Part shown: one piece after another, positions 12,137 through 27,500 of the stretch | Numbering within the stretch: position 1 is the stretch's first letter | How the letters are laid out: each line of letters starts with the position of its first letter | Origin: Intoshia linei | Lineage: Eukaryota > Animalia > Orthonectida | Length of the DNA stretch: 36,174 nt | Direction of reading: 5' to 3' | Assembly: GCA_001642005.1 (NCBI GenBank) | Contig: LWCA01000263.1 | Span: 1-36,174, forward strand | Made by a program: the position numbers and the translations under genes | Notes under the pieces: generated by a model | Told to the model about the DNA's origin: nothing | Seen by the model: the letters and a program-made list of their open reading frames with translations, nothing else | Databases searched by the model: none

Positions 12137-14682
12137 ATGAACAAGATACAGCATATGGTAAATAATGCGTACGATAAACTATTTATCAAAAATATGCAAG
12201 ATTTGGTCAGAGGTATACGTCTCTGTGATAACGAGGTTTTTACATTTAAAGTATTTTTTTCATTGATAAAATAGCAAGAATACATCTCTGAATGCTGTAC
12301 TGAAATCAGAAGCGAAATTAGAGTAAATGAAATGGAGACCAAATGTCTTGCTGTAGCTAAACTTATTTATGTAATTTTTAATTTCGAGATTTATTTTTAA
12401 TTTCATACATTTAGCTCAACATGTTAGGATATGACGTCAGTTGGGCTTCATTCGCTATTATTGAAGTGATGAGTTCAACTAAATACCGATACAAAAAAGT
12501 TGCATACTTGGCTTCATCCATTATTTTCCACGCGGACATTGAAGTTCTCATGCTCACTACAAATTTATTAAAAAAAGATCTCAATAGTCGATACGAGGAA
12601 GATATTTTTTTGGCTTTGGATGCCCTTTCAAATTTTGTTACTCTCGATATAGCTAGAGATATTTACCAAGATGTGCTGGCACGGCTCTCCTCGTCAAATG
12701 AAATTATTCGATGCAGAGCTACATTGGTTGTTTATAAGATATTTTTAAGCTATCCTGAAGCTCTACCACAATCCTTTGTTAGATTAAAATCTCTTTTACA
12801 CGATCCTTCTCATATTGTTCAATTGGCTGCAGTCAATGTAATGACAGAACTAGCTCGTTATAATCCTAAATCATATGTGGGATTAGCACCAATATTTTAT
12901 GATATATTGATAAAAACTTCATCAAATTGGTTGTCGATTAAAATTGTAAAATTTTTTGCATATGTGGCTCCATATCAACTAGTATTAGGGACTCGTATAA
13001 TAGAGCCTCTTACAAACTATATTCATACGACTAGTGCAGTTTCTTTGCTATATGAATGCGTTAAAGCAGTGTTGGCAATTCAAGAGCCCCTGTTCAAACA
13101 AAATTCTGATTTAAAAAAACTCAAACATGGCCGTTCGCATTATATTGATATTTGCATACAAAAACTAGTTGATTTAGTACAAGATACTGACCAAAATTTA
13201 AAGTATCTAGGTTTATATTCCATTAAAACTGCTCTGAAACTAAAACCTTCCTCCATTTCTCATTTAAACCATGTTTTTTTTGAATGCCTGGATGCAAAAG
13301 ATGTATCAATCCAATCCTGCGCTATAGACCTCTTGAAAACCATTGCTAAAAGAGACACTACAATGAACATTGTCAAAAAACTGTTTTTTAAACTGGAAAA
13401 CTCAGAAGGACTCGTTTTTCGAAATAAAATTTTTAATTCCATGATCGATATTTGCAAAGCAGACAATTATTCCAATATTTCTAATTTTGAATGGTATGTT
13501 GGTCTTTTGATTGATTTGGTGAGATTAGAAGGAAACAACCACGGAAAAACCCTGGCAAATTGTCTCATAGATCTAACCACTCGAGTTACTTCCATTCAAT
13601 TATTCACCGTAGAACAATGTTCTGTCATTATTGAGCACCCAAATGCTATTCTTGGTAAATTTGCCGATCCAAAGCAAATTTACAATTTTCTGAGCGCATC
13701 TGTATTCCTTGTTTCAGAATATTACGAATATTTATACGATCCCGTTTCCACTCTTACTTCTCTATTAAAAATGAAAATAAATTATCCAGACTGGACACAA
13801 ATAACTTATTTGCAAAGTATTTTCAAATTATATGCTAGAATTGTGTACAATTTCGAAATTTCATCTCTGGATTTAAAATCTGACCATAACTCGGATAATT
13901 CAGAGAAGGAATCACGCATCAAAACCGATTATCGTAGGAAATTTTATAAATCTATAAAACACAAAATGAGTACATTTTTTCAAAGCACCAGTATTGAATT
14001 AAAGGAGTTGGCCCAGGTTTATTCAAGTATTTTATCCATTTGTCATGATCAAATGGAGAATAAAAAAAACTTTGGATCAGATTTAATTGAACTATTTGAT
14101 GGACGATTGGAGCAAGTGGCACCCACTGCTCAAAAGAGAGTACCTATACCAGAATCAATAAATTTAAACAAATGGATTTATGCCCCACCAACATCTCCCA
14201 TTGCGAAAAGAAAAACTGAAAATAGTTATGGACTTTCCAAATCTTTATTGGATGATTTTAATGTAATTGAATTTCCAAGTCAAGAAACCGAACCGAAAGA
14301 ACATATAAAAAATAGTCATGTAAACTTGTTGACTGATGAAATTAATTCACAGCCACAATCTATACAAAAAGAACACTCTGATGGTTTAGCAACATCTATT
14401 AATTTACTCAATATCAATGTAATAAATGATTCTTTAAATATTACACGGAAAAATGAAACGTTTAAAAAAAAGAAACGAAATAAGCGCAAGACTAGTCGTA
14501 AACCAGAACCTTCAGTCCATGAATCATCCGAAAACTCACCCATATTACCTATGGTTGCTCCTTATACGGAACCTGATAATGGTAAAATACTAGATGAATC
14601 TGATGACGACGAACAAAAAAAGTTGCATAGAAATCTCAACTTTGAGTTAATGCCAAACCTCGAAATGCAAAAGGGAAAATAA
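12137..14682 (+). CDS. AP3D1: AP-3 complex subunit delta (~820 aa), 3 exons
   Basis: Exons 12137-12235, 12275-12370, 12415-14682. Motifs QDLVRGIR, MLGYDVSWASFAIIEVMSS, DQNLKYLGL, NFEWY and VAPTAQKRVPIPESINLNKWI. Confidence 0.97.
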
Positions 14683-14728
14683 ATAATTTATTTACCGTTG
14701 TTTTTAATAAATTTCAATATTGAAACTT

Positions 14729-15199
14729 TTACGAATATCTTCTGGATCCTCTTGGAGAAATTATTGCAACATCAATGTAGTCTCCAATAACAAAGTGCTT
14801 GGAACCTAATGTTACGTTGTCTTCGTTTGATGGTTTTGCTACGCAAGTCGAACCAATTGTTCGCATTCGAAAAGTAGGTTTAAAATTATCAGCATAAACT
14901 GATGAAAATTCTAAAACAGTTCCTTTCTTTCTGGAATCTTCATTAACTTCGCGTATTAATGCTGACAACTCTTTAAGTGTGGCGTCGTGCCATGTATAAA
15001 TCTGTAACTCATTCTTTGGAAATTCGTGTCGTGAGTACCTTTCCAAATCACTGTGTCTAGTATTCGACAAAAACAGTCGCAATAAAAAAGGACACACCTA
15101 AATTTAAATAAACCGGGGAACTAAAAATTTTTAAAATTGTACCTGCTCTCTATCTACAGTAATCGTTTTATCACGTCGAGATCTAGATTCGTATCCCAT
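14729..15199 (-). CDS. SAP18: Sin3-associated protein SAP18, 2 exons
   Basis: Exons 15199-15143 and 15097-14729 give VDREQVCPFLLRLF, ELQIYTWHDATLKEL and FVIGDYIDVAI. Confidence 0.97.
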
Positions 15200-15397
15200 T
15201 CAGAATAATTTTAAAATAAACTTTTTAAATAAACCATGATAACAATTAAACAAACTATGGAGATAATAAAAAATTCAAATTTCAAAATTCGAAACAAATT
15301 TTATTTAAATTACACATCAAGTTTCTCACATTTTTGATATGAGTAGCAAATACGAATAAATGACAAGATATTGCTAGTATTGTGGTAAATTATCGAG

Positions 15398-16975
<1,578 letters not shown>

Positions 16976-17836
16976 TTTTATTCTCCCATTCAATGTATAA
17001 ATATTTAATAAAATAAACCAATGTTACATTTCCATATGGGGGTTAAATGGCAGACAAAATGGGGGAAATTAAATTAATTTCTATAAATAGTTAACTCATC
17101 TACAATTTAAATAAAAAGTTTAATGTGCAAAATGTGATTTTTGATAATTAAAAAAGACTTATGTAGTCTGTAATCTGGGCTGCATTCAACTGACGCCATA
17201 GAATAATCTTATTAGACTGTGAGTTTCTACATTTAATAAATTTAAAATTAAAAACACGCAAAGGTCAATAAATGAACAAAACCTTGGTAGTGTTTGATCG
17301 CTTGTCCATGGCGGGAGGTAGTTAGTTAAACATAAAACTGACTATACTCCTTATATATGTTTTCTCGATATTGATATTAAAAGTAAAATTTTCAATGTCG
17401 TAGAAATACAAAAAGGCCTATGGTAATGTCCTATTTGAAACCTGAATAGAAATATTGGACTATATGGAACAATTTCGTGATGAATTTTTTAATATGCACG
17501 CATATAATTTAATAAAATTTCCGATAATATTGGATATATTAATACAAATTTACTAATATTAGTTCCATAACTAGTAAGAGTAGACTGGGAAGAAATCCTA
17601 ACGATTTGTAGTCAAGATACTTTACAAATATTGATTTTTGCATTTCTTTCTAGTTCAAAGACAAAAACTATTGGAAAACCCGTACTGAATATTGGTTTAA
17701 TGATCTTTTTCAATAAAATAATCAGAGATTCATTACATTTTGTTAACGAAAAGCATTGGTCAAAACGGCAATTATTTCAACGAAAGCTCAAAACATTTAA
17801 TAATTATTTTTATTGGATAACTACAACGGATAACCT

Positions 17837-20800
17837 TCACCCATAATGAAATCTTCTAGTTGTTTGTTTCGATGCATATATCAGTGAGTACGCGCAATGC
17901 CAATCTCCTAATTATAACCAAATTATACATTTACGACAATTCTGGTTACCTCCGCCTGATAATTTCAAAATATCTTCATAATGAATTGCAGTTACACTGT
18001 CATCGTCCAATTTCACCCATGAGCCTGTATATACTGATTATATGCCTACAATAATTACCTTCATAAAATGTAACCCAACCGACGTAGTGACCACTATTAC
18101 TGGTTCTACCCTTATGAGTCAATACTGCAATTAATTCGTACATGCCACTATCGTTGGAACCACAATCTGTTTTCAGTATATAATTAAATTTATAAATCAG
18201 TACCGCCCTCAATCCAATGACTCTGGAATAGGCTAGATTGATCCAATTTTTGTCGACTGACGGTACCATCCATATTAGTCTTTTCCTTGCCTCTTTTCAA
18301 CTAAAATGTAAATTATATTTAAAAATAATTTTAAACAGTTTCATAAGTTTGGTATTGTTTTCTCAACGAATGTTTTCCAGTCACTCATGTTAATTTTTAA
18401 AAAATATTGACTGTGCCTGTAATAAAAAAATTCAGTAAAACAGTATCTGACAGGGAATAAACCGTCATATCAAAAATACTTTGATACTTTATTATTACTA
18501 CTTGGATTAAGAATTTAATCAATATTTTTGAAAGAATCCACGAAAATTATTTTAACGAAATGAGAGTATCACGATTCAGTGAAATATAAAAATTTTAAAC
18601 ATCTTGATGACCACCTAGAAAATACTTTCTTATTAATAGTTTAAATTTACCTTTTTTGCCATGTCAAACTCTCGATCATTTTCAAGATTAATCTCTCTTC
18701 TCTTGTCAAATTTTTTTTGCAAATCTGAGGTACACATATCATAAATATCAAGGTTCATTGAAAATTTTACATCCTATACAAAACACTAATAAATCTAAAC
18801 TAAAATTTATAATACCTTTAAAATTTTAGCATTAACAGATTTTTTATTTGCATTTTCTTTGAAATAAAACCGCATCATATTAATAACAAGATAACCGGGA
18901 GCTCTATTAATTTTACCCTAAATTCAAAAAAATTAATTTTAAAATGTAAATTATCATCCAAACCTCTTTTTTGTATTCAATGTTCTTGTTAAGTGTTTTA
19001 GACATTTTGGTTACTGTTTCATTCATACTCTACAAATTTAAATTTTAACAAAATAAAAACAAACCAAAGAGAGTCCGGATCCAATATATCTTACATCTAT
19101 ACAAATTGATTAATAGACTACTTTGCATTACCTTTGTTTATGAAACAAGATAATTGCAAAAATTCTTCCTTAGTTGTTTCAACTGGTTCATCTTTATGAT
19201 CTATAGCTTTACACCTAAAGTGGAAATAATAATAAATACATTACGTTTTTCGAATATAAATATGTTATGACTGTATGTTTCAAAAAATTCTAGGGTTTTT
19301 TTAATTTTTAAATAAAAGAGTAATTTGGGGTTTTCACAATAAAGATATACTTTTTTGAAAATAAAATTTATGATAATACTAATGATTTTAAAATCTGTAT
19401 CAGAGTATATATTTTTTTAAATTCTAGGACTTTTGATTTTTAAAAAAAAAGTATAATTGTGATTTTAACCGGGAAAAGGTAAGTTTCCGAGATTGAAATT
19501 TATTTTAATTTCTACCCGGAAAAATCTAACTTGGAATTTGTGTTTGTTAAAATTCTAGAGCTTTAGTTATTGAAAAAAAACTGCAACACACAGACAGAGA
19601 TTCAATTTTATATAAGGAATCCTGACTAGTAAAAAAATTAATCTTCATAAACTTTACAATTTCGTTTAAAAAAGAGTTAGAACATGATCGTCAAAATTGT
19701 CCGTGCGGACCACTGAGAGACACTGAAACATTGATATTAATTGGAAACGGTTCCTCGTCATTGGTTTAGAACAATTAAAACAATTTTAATGAGCTAGTAT
19801 TGTTTTAGAATGTATAAATTAAATTGAACCATATTTTTATTATTTTCTTTAAACATTCCAAGATTTTTTTAACAACACTTATGATCAATATAATATATTG
19901 ATTACGTTGAGCGGAAATTAAATTAACTTATAATTACGAGTTAAATGTACAATTAAAAAATTCATGTTAATGATTGACAACTAAATTATAAGTATTCATT
20001 AAGATTTATAACATATATCAGTGACAATTTTCGGGAAAATCCGAAAAATCTGGCAATTAGCAATTAGGCAAAAACCTATTGATTAAAAACGTGGTTTAAG
20101 GTTTCAAAAAATGTTTCCACTTGATGAGTAAAACACTATAATTAACATTTTCTTCAAAAATTAAAAACATATTTACATTTACACAGTAATAATACAACAC
20201 AACCTTACCGCATTGTCGATGATTATTTAAAAACATACGTTGAAATAATTTCTCCACGAAAGTAATCTTTTAATGTTAATTTTTTCAGTTCTTCATCCGT
20301 AAATGAAGTGTTACTGTTATAAATTTTTTTTACAGGTAGGTTGAATAATAGAGGTGTTATTTTTAGCCAAAATTCGTTCGCGTCCTATATAAATTTAAAA
20401 ATCAGTACAATTAAGTAAAACATGAATCAACAACCAACAGGTCGGTTCGTAATGTAAATTTGGTAAATAACATTTGATGTATGATGAAATTTTGATATTT
20501 AAGATGATTATATTAAATAGAAATCCCAAAATGTTAATCAAAGAATTGTCAATGTAAAAGTTTTCCACTAATTTTTAAAAATGTATAAAATAAAATAAAA
20601 TTTCTTTGCGGAGCACCTGAACTCTACACATGGCGCACCAGATAAGAAACACTGATCTAACTAATTGCATTAGATTGTAGTACAATGATGGCACCAACAT
20701 TTAATAACATTATGTAAATCAGATATGCAAAATAAACAAACGTAAAATGAGATTCAATACTAACTTAATAAATAAAAATAATTCATTATTATTATATATT

Positions 20801-23800
20801 TTTATCAATATTTAAGTGAATAACTCATTTGTAAAAATCAATTATTTTCAAAAGCAATTTCAAAAAAATATGCAAACAAAACTTATATTAATTTCTCGAT
20901 TATTATAAACAGATATTATCGATAAAATGTAATTTTGAAATATAAATGAGTTTTAACTTTAAATCAAATAAAATGAATAATTTTCCCATAACTAGTATCA
21001 ATAAATTACACATAAATTTTTAAAATACAATCTATATATCCTTTCAATTTAAAAATTGTTTTACATAAAACGTTCCACTACAATGCACTACATAATAGAG
21101 TTCTCACCACGGTTCAAAGTACAATTCGAACACGAACTGTGGAGCGTGTTGCAGAGTTATACCATATGTAAATATTTTAATTACATAATCAAGTGAATAA
21201 TTTCAAAGAGGTATTCTCAACCTTAGGAATTTAGAAATCATCTTATTTTCTAATTGAAATTATAATTTCCTCATACAATGTAACATTAAATACCTATTAC
21301 ATTCATCTAATTAAATCACAATTTGTATTAAATTATTAAAGATAATATATTAAAACTAGATTGACTGTTGTGTACTACCTACAAACAGCACCTAGCTCTG
21401 CCGAGGGAACATTTTTATTCTACCAAAAAAATAAATTCACGTTGAAAATCTAACTTAAAAATCCACTATTCACTATTATCCATAAACAAGTGGTTCCCAA
21501 ACTTGTTTCAGGTGGAACCATCATATGACATTACTATTGAAAATCTAACTTAAAAATCCTACTATTCACTATTATCAATTCTTTAAAGGAGCCAAACTTG
21601 TTTCAGGTGGAACCATAATATCACATTACTTTTTACTTTAAAGTGAATTAAAAAATTCCGAAAAAATGAATTATATAGATTTTCACCCATATTTCTTTAT
21701 TGGAAATGTGTAGACGTTCAATGCACTTTTTTTGAAATTTTAGAATCAATACAATAATACAGTAAAAAATTCTATTTTAGAAAAAAAGAAAATAAATAAA
21801 AATATTATTATTAGAAAAAGTAAAAGTCAACCTTAACAAGCAAAAAATTTGCTAAATTTAAAAAATTCTGTAAAATAGGACCTTTTACAATATCATAAAT
21901 TTTTATAATGTCCAAAACTAGATTAAAAAAATTTTTAATATGGGACACGGTTCAAAAAAGGTTTCAATGCCTGATTCAAACAAAACTCATTTCATCAAAC
22001 ATAAATATTTGAAATTTGAGAATACGGTTATATAGCAAAATGTTACTATCATATATGTGCCAGATTTGACAAGTAATCAAAATAAATCTGAGTAGTAGAA
22101 TTCTGCAACACGGTCCGAACCTTTGGATAAATTCTCAATATCTGGAAACTATGTAATAAATATTAAAAATTATCCTATAAAAATAAACAAAAATCACTCA
22201 AAGTTTTTATATAGTTTATTTAAATCTCACGGACTCCAGACATATAGTTTTGGACCCCAAGATGTGCAGGGACCCCAATCGGGAACCACTGATGTAAATA
22301 AATAAAAATTACTGATTTTTAAAATTTTATGACTGATTTAAAAAATTATCAGTCCAAATATATTTTTATCTACATATATTTATATTTATATCGAAATTTT
22401 TAATATTGCAAATTTTTATCCCAGATTGGGAAACACTGATGAATAAAAAATACCTGCTGCTGATAAACCTTCATTTCGTTTTTTACATTAAATTCTGGGT
22501 ACTTTGATCGTAAATTATTAACAAAAGAGGAAATATTTAATTTGGTTAAATTTAAATCATTTTGTTGTAATCCAAATACAATTTTAGTCATATCTAAAAC
22601 AAATTTTTACTAATTATTTTTAAAATTTACCTCTAATTAAAATATTGATTTCTGGTGCAGTAACTATTCCCATACTATAAATTGATGAATTAGATAAATT
22701 ACAAAAATAATACTCTGAAATTGTTACAAAAAGTTCTGGTACAGCAAGTAAACACTGTAGTGTGGCATTGATATAGCAAGTATTGCCGAAATTCGTGAAA
22801 CCCTTCTTAAGCATTAACTATATAAAAGTTAAAATTAATTAAAAATAAACAATATAAATATACCTCATCAGATTCATTAGTACTATCTACTTGATTAATT
22901 TTGTAAGTGTCTGTTTTGGGAGACAAATTATACTTTTTTTCAACCATTTCACGTTTAATCATACGCCTCTTGTAATCTTCATGAGTCAAATCAACTTCTT
23001 CTTCCACAACGGGAACGGATCCAATCATCATAATTGTTGTTCCCTATAAAATTTTCCAAATAAGAAAAAAATACAAATATTGACAATACAGGAAGTGGAG
23101 AAAAACTGTTTTCGGGCAGAAGAAAATTGTAGAGCTCCTCATACAAATTAAAAAATGTTTGGTTTCTCTATCCAATGTTTAATTCAGAGATGACCAAACT
23201 TTTTTCAACATCACCCTAATGTGGTAATAAATTTTACCCCATCATACGAAAATTTCCCAATATTACTTAATAATTTAGAATAACATTTCCGTTATCAACG
23301 GAGCTGTAATATGACTCTAGCCCTCTCCACAGCCCTGTGACAATATACTTACATTATTTAAGACGTCTTTCCATAAATCATCCTAAATTTTCAAAAGTTA
23401 TAAATTATTAAAAGTTTATTATTAAATTTAATTAACATAACATTGATATAGTAGTGACTAGTCTCAATTTTCTGAATTTTAGGGTTTGAAAAGGGTTAAC
23501 CTTTCTTACATATCGTTATATTGGATATCTGTAGGTAAAAAAAGTTTACAAAAAGGTATTGCATGTTTTATATTTTGTCAAGACTGTACACAATAAATCA
23601 TACTACTAAATGTTGCTAAATGTGATATATTCAATTTAATAGACCCACTCCACAATCTCTGAAAATGATTAGGTCATAGGGCACATGAACAAGTTTGTAC
23701 TGTATTTTTGTGGAGTTTGTTATTAAGCGTTAAAATTAAACCTTGACAAGTTTTCCACTGACAATCAGTTTTTGTCTGATGGGAGTAACACCCGTCATAC

Positions 23801-23961
23801 CAGCCAAAGTTTCTTGAAATGTGAGCAACGACTTTTCCATATTACATTCCACATTTTTAAACATCTTTTTACCCCATCTCACTTTAACTAAATAAAAATT
23901 TTCAGCATATATAATTTTACATTGCTTATTCTTAATTTGAATGAAAAATACCTTTAATCAT
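17837..23961 (-). CDS. USP14: ubiquitin-specific protease 14 (UBL + USP), multi-exon
   Basis: UBL VKVRWGK...TGVTPIRQK; Cys box GNTCYINATLQ; QQQ|DANE; LQLSCFI; His box THKGRTSNSGHYV; KLDDD; LSGGGDWH. Exons join in frame at GT-AG introns. Confidence 0.95.
21442..21630. repeat. ~96-bp tandem duplication containing a hAT-like TIR, in a USP14 intron
   Basis: Two copies of ttgaaaatctaacttaaaaatcc...ccaaacttgtttcaggtggaacca...acattact. Confidence 0.85.
21668..21742. repeat. interspersed repeat; second copy at ~32737-32812
   Basis: Shared cacccatatttctttattggaaatgt-taga--ttcaatgcac. Confidence 0.75.
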
Positions 23962-24400
23962 TATTGGATTATTTCAAATTTTAATTCAACTTTATTTAAA
24001 ATTAAAAATAATTTTTATGCAAAATATGCATTGTGTAGTTTTTTTTTGACAATTTACTAAAATGTTAAAATTGTGCGGAACTACGTATTGTTTGAATATG
24101 TAGTGATTTTCATGGTCTAATACAGTGACCAGTGGTCATCAAAAGTTTTGACTCGCTGATGAGGTGAAGCTTATGCAATAAGATAAATAAAAAAAAATCG
24201 CGGGTCGTTTGGCAGTTTGCGTTTTAATTTATTTCAATTTTAAGCAATTATAAAAATTATAATACTGCTATATACACGGCGCGTGTCAACGTTGACAATT
24301 AAATTCAACATTTGGGGACCATTGATAAATAGAAATCTTGCAATTGTGTCATTTTTTATCAAAGTTGGATAAATTTTATTTTATAAAAAATTTGTATCAT

Positions 24401-24418
24401 ATTTATGACGTCATAAAT
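24401..24418. promoter_or_regulatory. 18-bp perfect palindrome containing a CRE (TGACGTCA)
   Basis: atttatgacgtcataaat lies in the divergent USP14/geminin intergenic region. Confidence 0.4.
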
Positions 24419-24522
24419 TTTTAACCAATTTAGAATATTTACAATGCTAATAAACAATACTTAAAATTGAAATAAATAACAATTAATTTTAATATATTTT
24501 GAGTTTTGCTAAGCAAATATTA

Positions 24523-24541
24523 TTTTGGCGCGAAATTCAAA
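24523..24541. promoter_or_regulatory. E2F site with adjacent CHR-like element
   Basis: TTTTGGCGCGAAA followed by TTCAAA, ~45 nt upstream of the predicted geminin ATG. Geminin is a known E2F target. Confidence 0.6.
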
Positions 24542-24586
24542 TGTTTATAAAATTATCCAAGAGTTTCATTAAATTTTGTTGATAAT

Positions 24587-27500
24587 ATGGTAAATTCATT
24601 TTTTGTTTTTTATATTTCCATCTAGGATTTCGAAAATATGAACGAATCAAATTTTGTCACACCAAGAGTAATTTACTGTTATTTGCATACTTATTCCTGG
24701 CATAATTTATATAAAGGTGGCCACACTTAAGTTTTATCAATACTGTAGGTCCAAATATTATAAAACGTTGATACGAATTTTTCAGTTAAATTTGATACCG
24801 AGATAATATCAATCTACCCATTTTATCGAAATCAGATTAGGATTATTTTTATTTTCCGTACCCATTCGCGGACCAATATTATTTCCATCTCAGGTGTAAC
24901 TTCACAATGAACGTGTTACTGTAAATTGATAGTACAGTAGAAGCTCTATATACTAAAATACTTTTTATTGAAATTTCATATAAACATTCCATATACTAAA
25001 ACACATAATTTTATTTTATAGCGTTACTATATATAAAAAAAGTACTTTTTATTGAAATGTTCTTATTATTAAAATAACGCGTGCTGATTTTTGTATGAAA
25101 ATTGTTAACATTATTTGAATTTGTTTGAAATTTTTTGAAGTATAAATTTTAACAAGCAACTTGCAATTGAAAAACGCAAAATACTCTTATTTGTTGATAA
25201 CTACACAGCTCATGTTATGAGAAATGATCTACCTTTTATTAAATTGGCTTTTCTTCCTAAAAATACTACATCAGTATTACAACCTATGGACATGGGAATT
25301 AGAAATTACATATCTATGACAACAGTTGAAACTTTTCTATAATAAATTATTATTAATTAAATGTAAATAATCACAATACTTGAAATGTTCTATTTATCAA
25401 AATTTAGAAGGAGAGAATACCATTTGGGGATATAACCAGTATACAAAATTCCAGAACGGTAATATTTTGTAAACGACTTAATTACGCGTTATAAATACTT
25501 TTTACGCGATACTTTTATCTGATGACTAGGGCGAATTATGTCATATAAATAATTTTTATTTTTGTTAATAATAAAAAATTGTTAGAAATGTATGAGGGAA
25601 CTTTAATAAACACATTTAATGGGGTATATCAATTTTTAAAGTCATACATGTCATATTTTTTTTTATTGTCATAACAATATTAGTAAAGTCATAAAGCTTA
25701 TTTTCTTTGTTTAAATGTCAAATGTACCAAATTATGTCACTTAAATCAACAATTTATGTTTCAAGTCGTTATTTTAATATCAATTATCCGACGAAAGAAA
25801 TTTTATGATTCTCACCACACGTCGACATTTCAATTTATGCCATTTAAAATGATCTAATATGAAAATATCACTAATGTTACATTAATTTATTACGTCACGT
25901 AATTTACGTGTAATTTCGAATAAAAAATCTCAATTCGAATTGTGTTTTCTATATTTTACCAAATCATCAACATTGGAACCACCAAATGCAAACTATAGAA
26001 ATATCCCATTAAGATATACAAGAATGGTACAAAGAAGTAAACACATACTCTCCGTTTCAATTCACTGATAACTTTGGACTACTAAAGAGTAACTATAGAG
26101 AACGTGAAACTATATCCTATTGATATTTTTAATCAAATTATTGACAACAAAATCATAAATTTTATGTTCAACTCAGAACAAAAAAAACGACCACGGAATG
26201 TACACTTTGCAACGAAGCTCTTTGTCTACTTTGCTACGATCTAAAACATGAAAATCTATAGCCTATTTATCATATATAATATAATTAAATCATTATAATT
26301 TTTTGAAGATCATTTATTTTATTCGATATTATTAATAAATTTTGTTGAAAAAATTCCTAAAAACCCCCTATAAAGTTTTGCTAAGAAAATTTACTAAAAA
26401 CTCACTATAAAGTTTTAAGAGCATAAATAAAGTTATACAAGATATTTACTGAGTACCATTGGTGGTTCTCAAACAGTGAAAGGGTTAAAAACGAATATTC
26501 ATAAATATATTCTATTGTACTATAATAAATGAATTTGTCATAAAAAGTCATATTTTTTTTTGTTAAAATGTCATAATTTTTTTGAATTTTTGGTCATAAA
26601 TAAATTTCCCTACTGATGAATCATCAGTGATGTCGAATTAGTTTAAATTATTCAATTTTTTGAAATTAATTATGTAAATCATGTATCGAAATTTAATCAT
26701 AGAGTTATATTTCACAGAATCCATATAACCACTGAATTTACGGCAATATAAAGCGCAAATCTGTTTTATACTCTGAATTTCACGTTTATTATTAATTACG
26801 TGATTTTCTTGAAAATTTATAATGCTACCAAATTATATAGGGAATTTTTGTCGGTCGATAAAAACATAAAATACAAATCTCTAAAAAGTGTTTCAATATA
26901 TTCCAGACCTTAAACATTTAACATTAGACTGACGTCTTACTTATGCTTCTTTCATTGAATTTATTATCTGTAGCATATTTAATTTAGAAAATCAACACTA
27001 CTGGTCCAATAAAACCTACGTTGAAGGATAAAAAGGTTAAACCAACGTTAAAATGCCCTACGTGTAACAATACGTCTGAAATTTCCGATATTACTTCAGG
27101 TTTTTATATTTTATTACAAATGGTTAACGCATTTAAGTAAAGTAGAGCCCTTGACGGACCTATTGGCTTTTGATGAAATACCGCGTCTTTTACTTTTCCC
27201 GTAGTTGTCATGTATTTTTCTAATGTATGGCTATGCCATGAACCATGTGACACTAATTGTAATAAAAAATCAAATATTTTCGCCGACAATTAATTTAATT
27301 TGTTAATTACGTTGTAAACACTATGTAATATATCAGTGTGAATCTGAAATTTTTTTAAAGCTGTAATTAATTATACTGGGTGCTTATTGATTGATTATAT
27401 TTGGGTGTATTTCAATATTTTGCAACCTTTAGGTCACTGTGTCAAAAATGACAGCCAGATTTTTCAAAAATTCGGAAAATAGTATATTTTAATTAATATA

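Noticed and set aside
12091-14543. Minus-strand ORFs at 12091, 13260 and 14316
   Set aside because: Antisense shadows of AP3D1.
17280-17830. Possible gene between SYT1 and USP14
   Set aside because: Frames are stop-interrupted or featureless; probably a repeat relic that I could not classify.
18080-18120. USP14 Ser432-equivalent replaced by Asn
   Set aside because: This position varies outside vertebrates and the catalytic triad is intact.
24128-24230. CTGATGAG as a hammerhead ribozyme core (also 25519 and 26613)
   Set aside because: No supporting stems or GAAA geometry; explained by a MITE end and a TSD.
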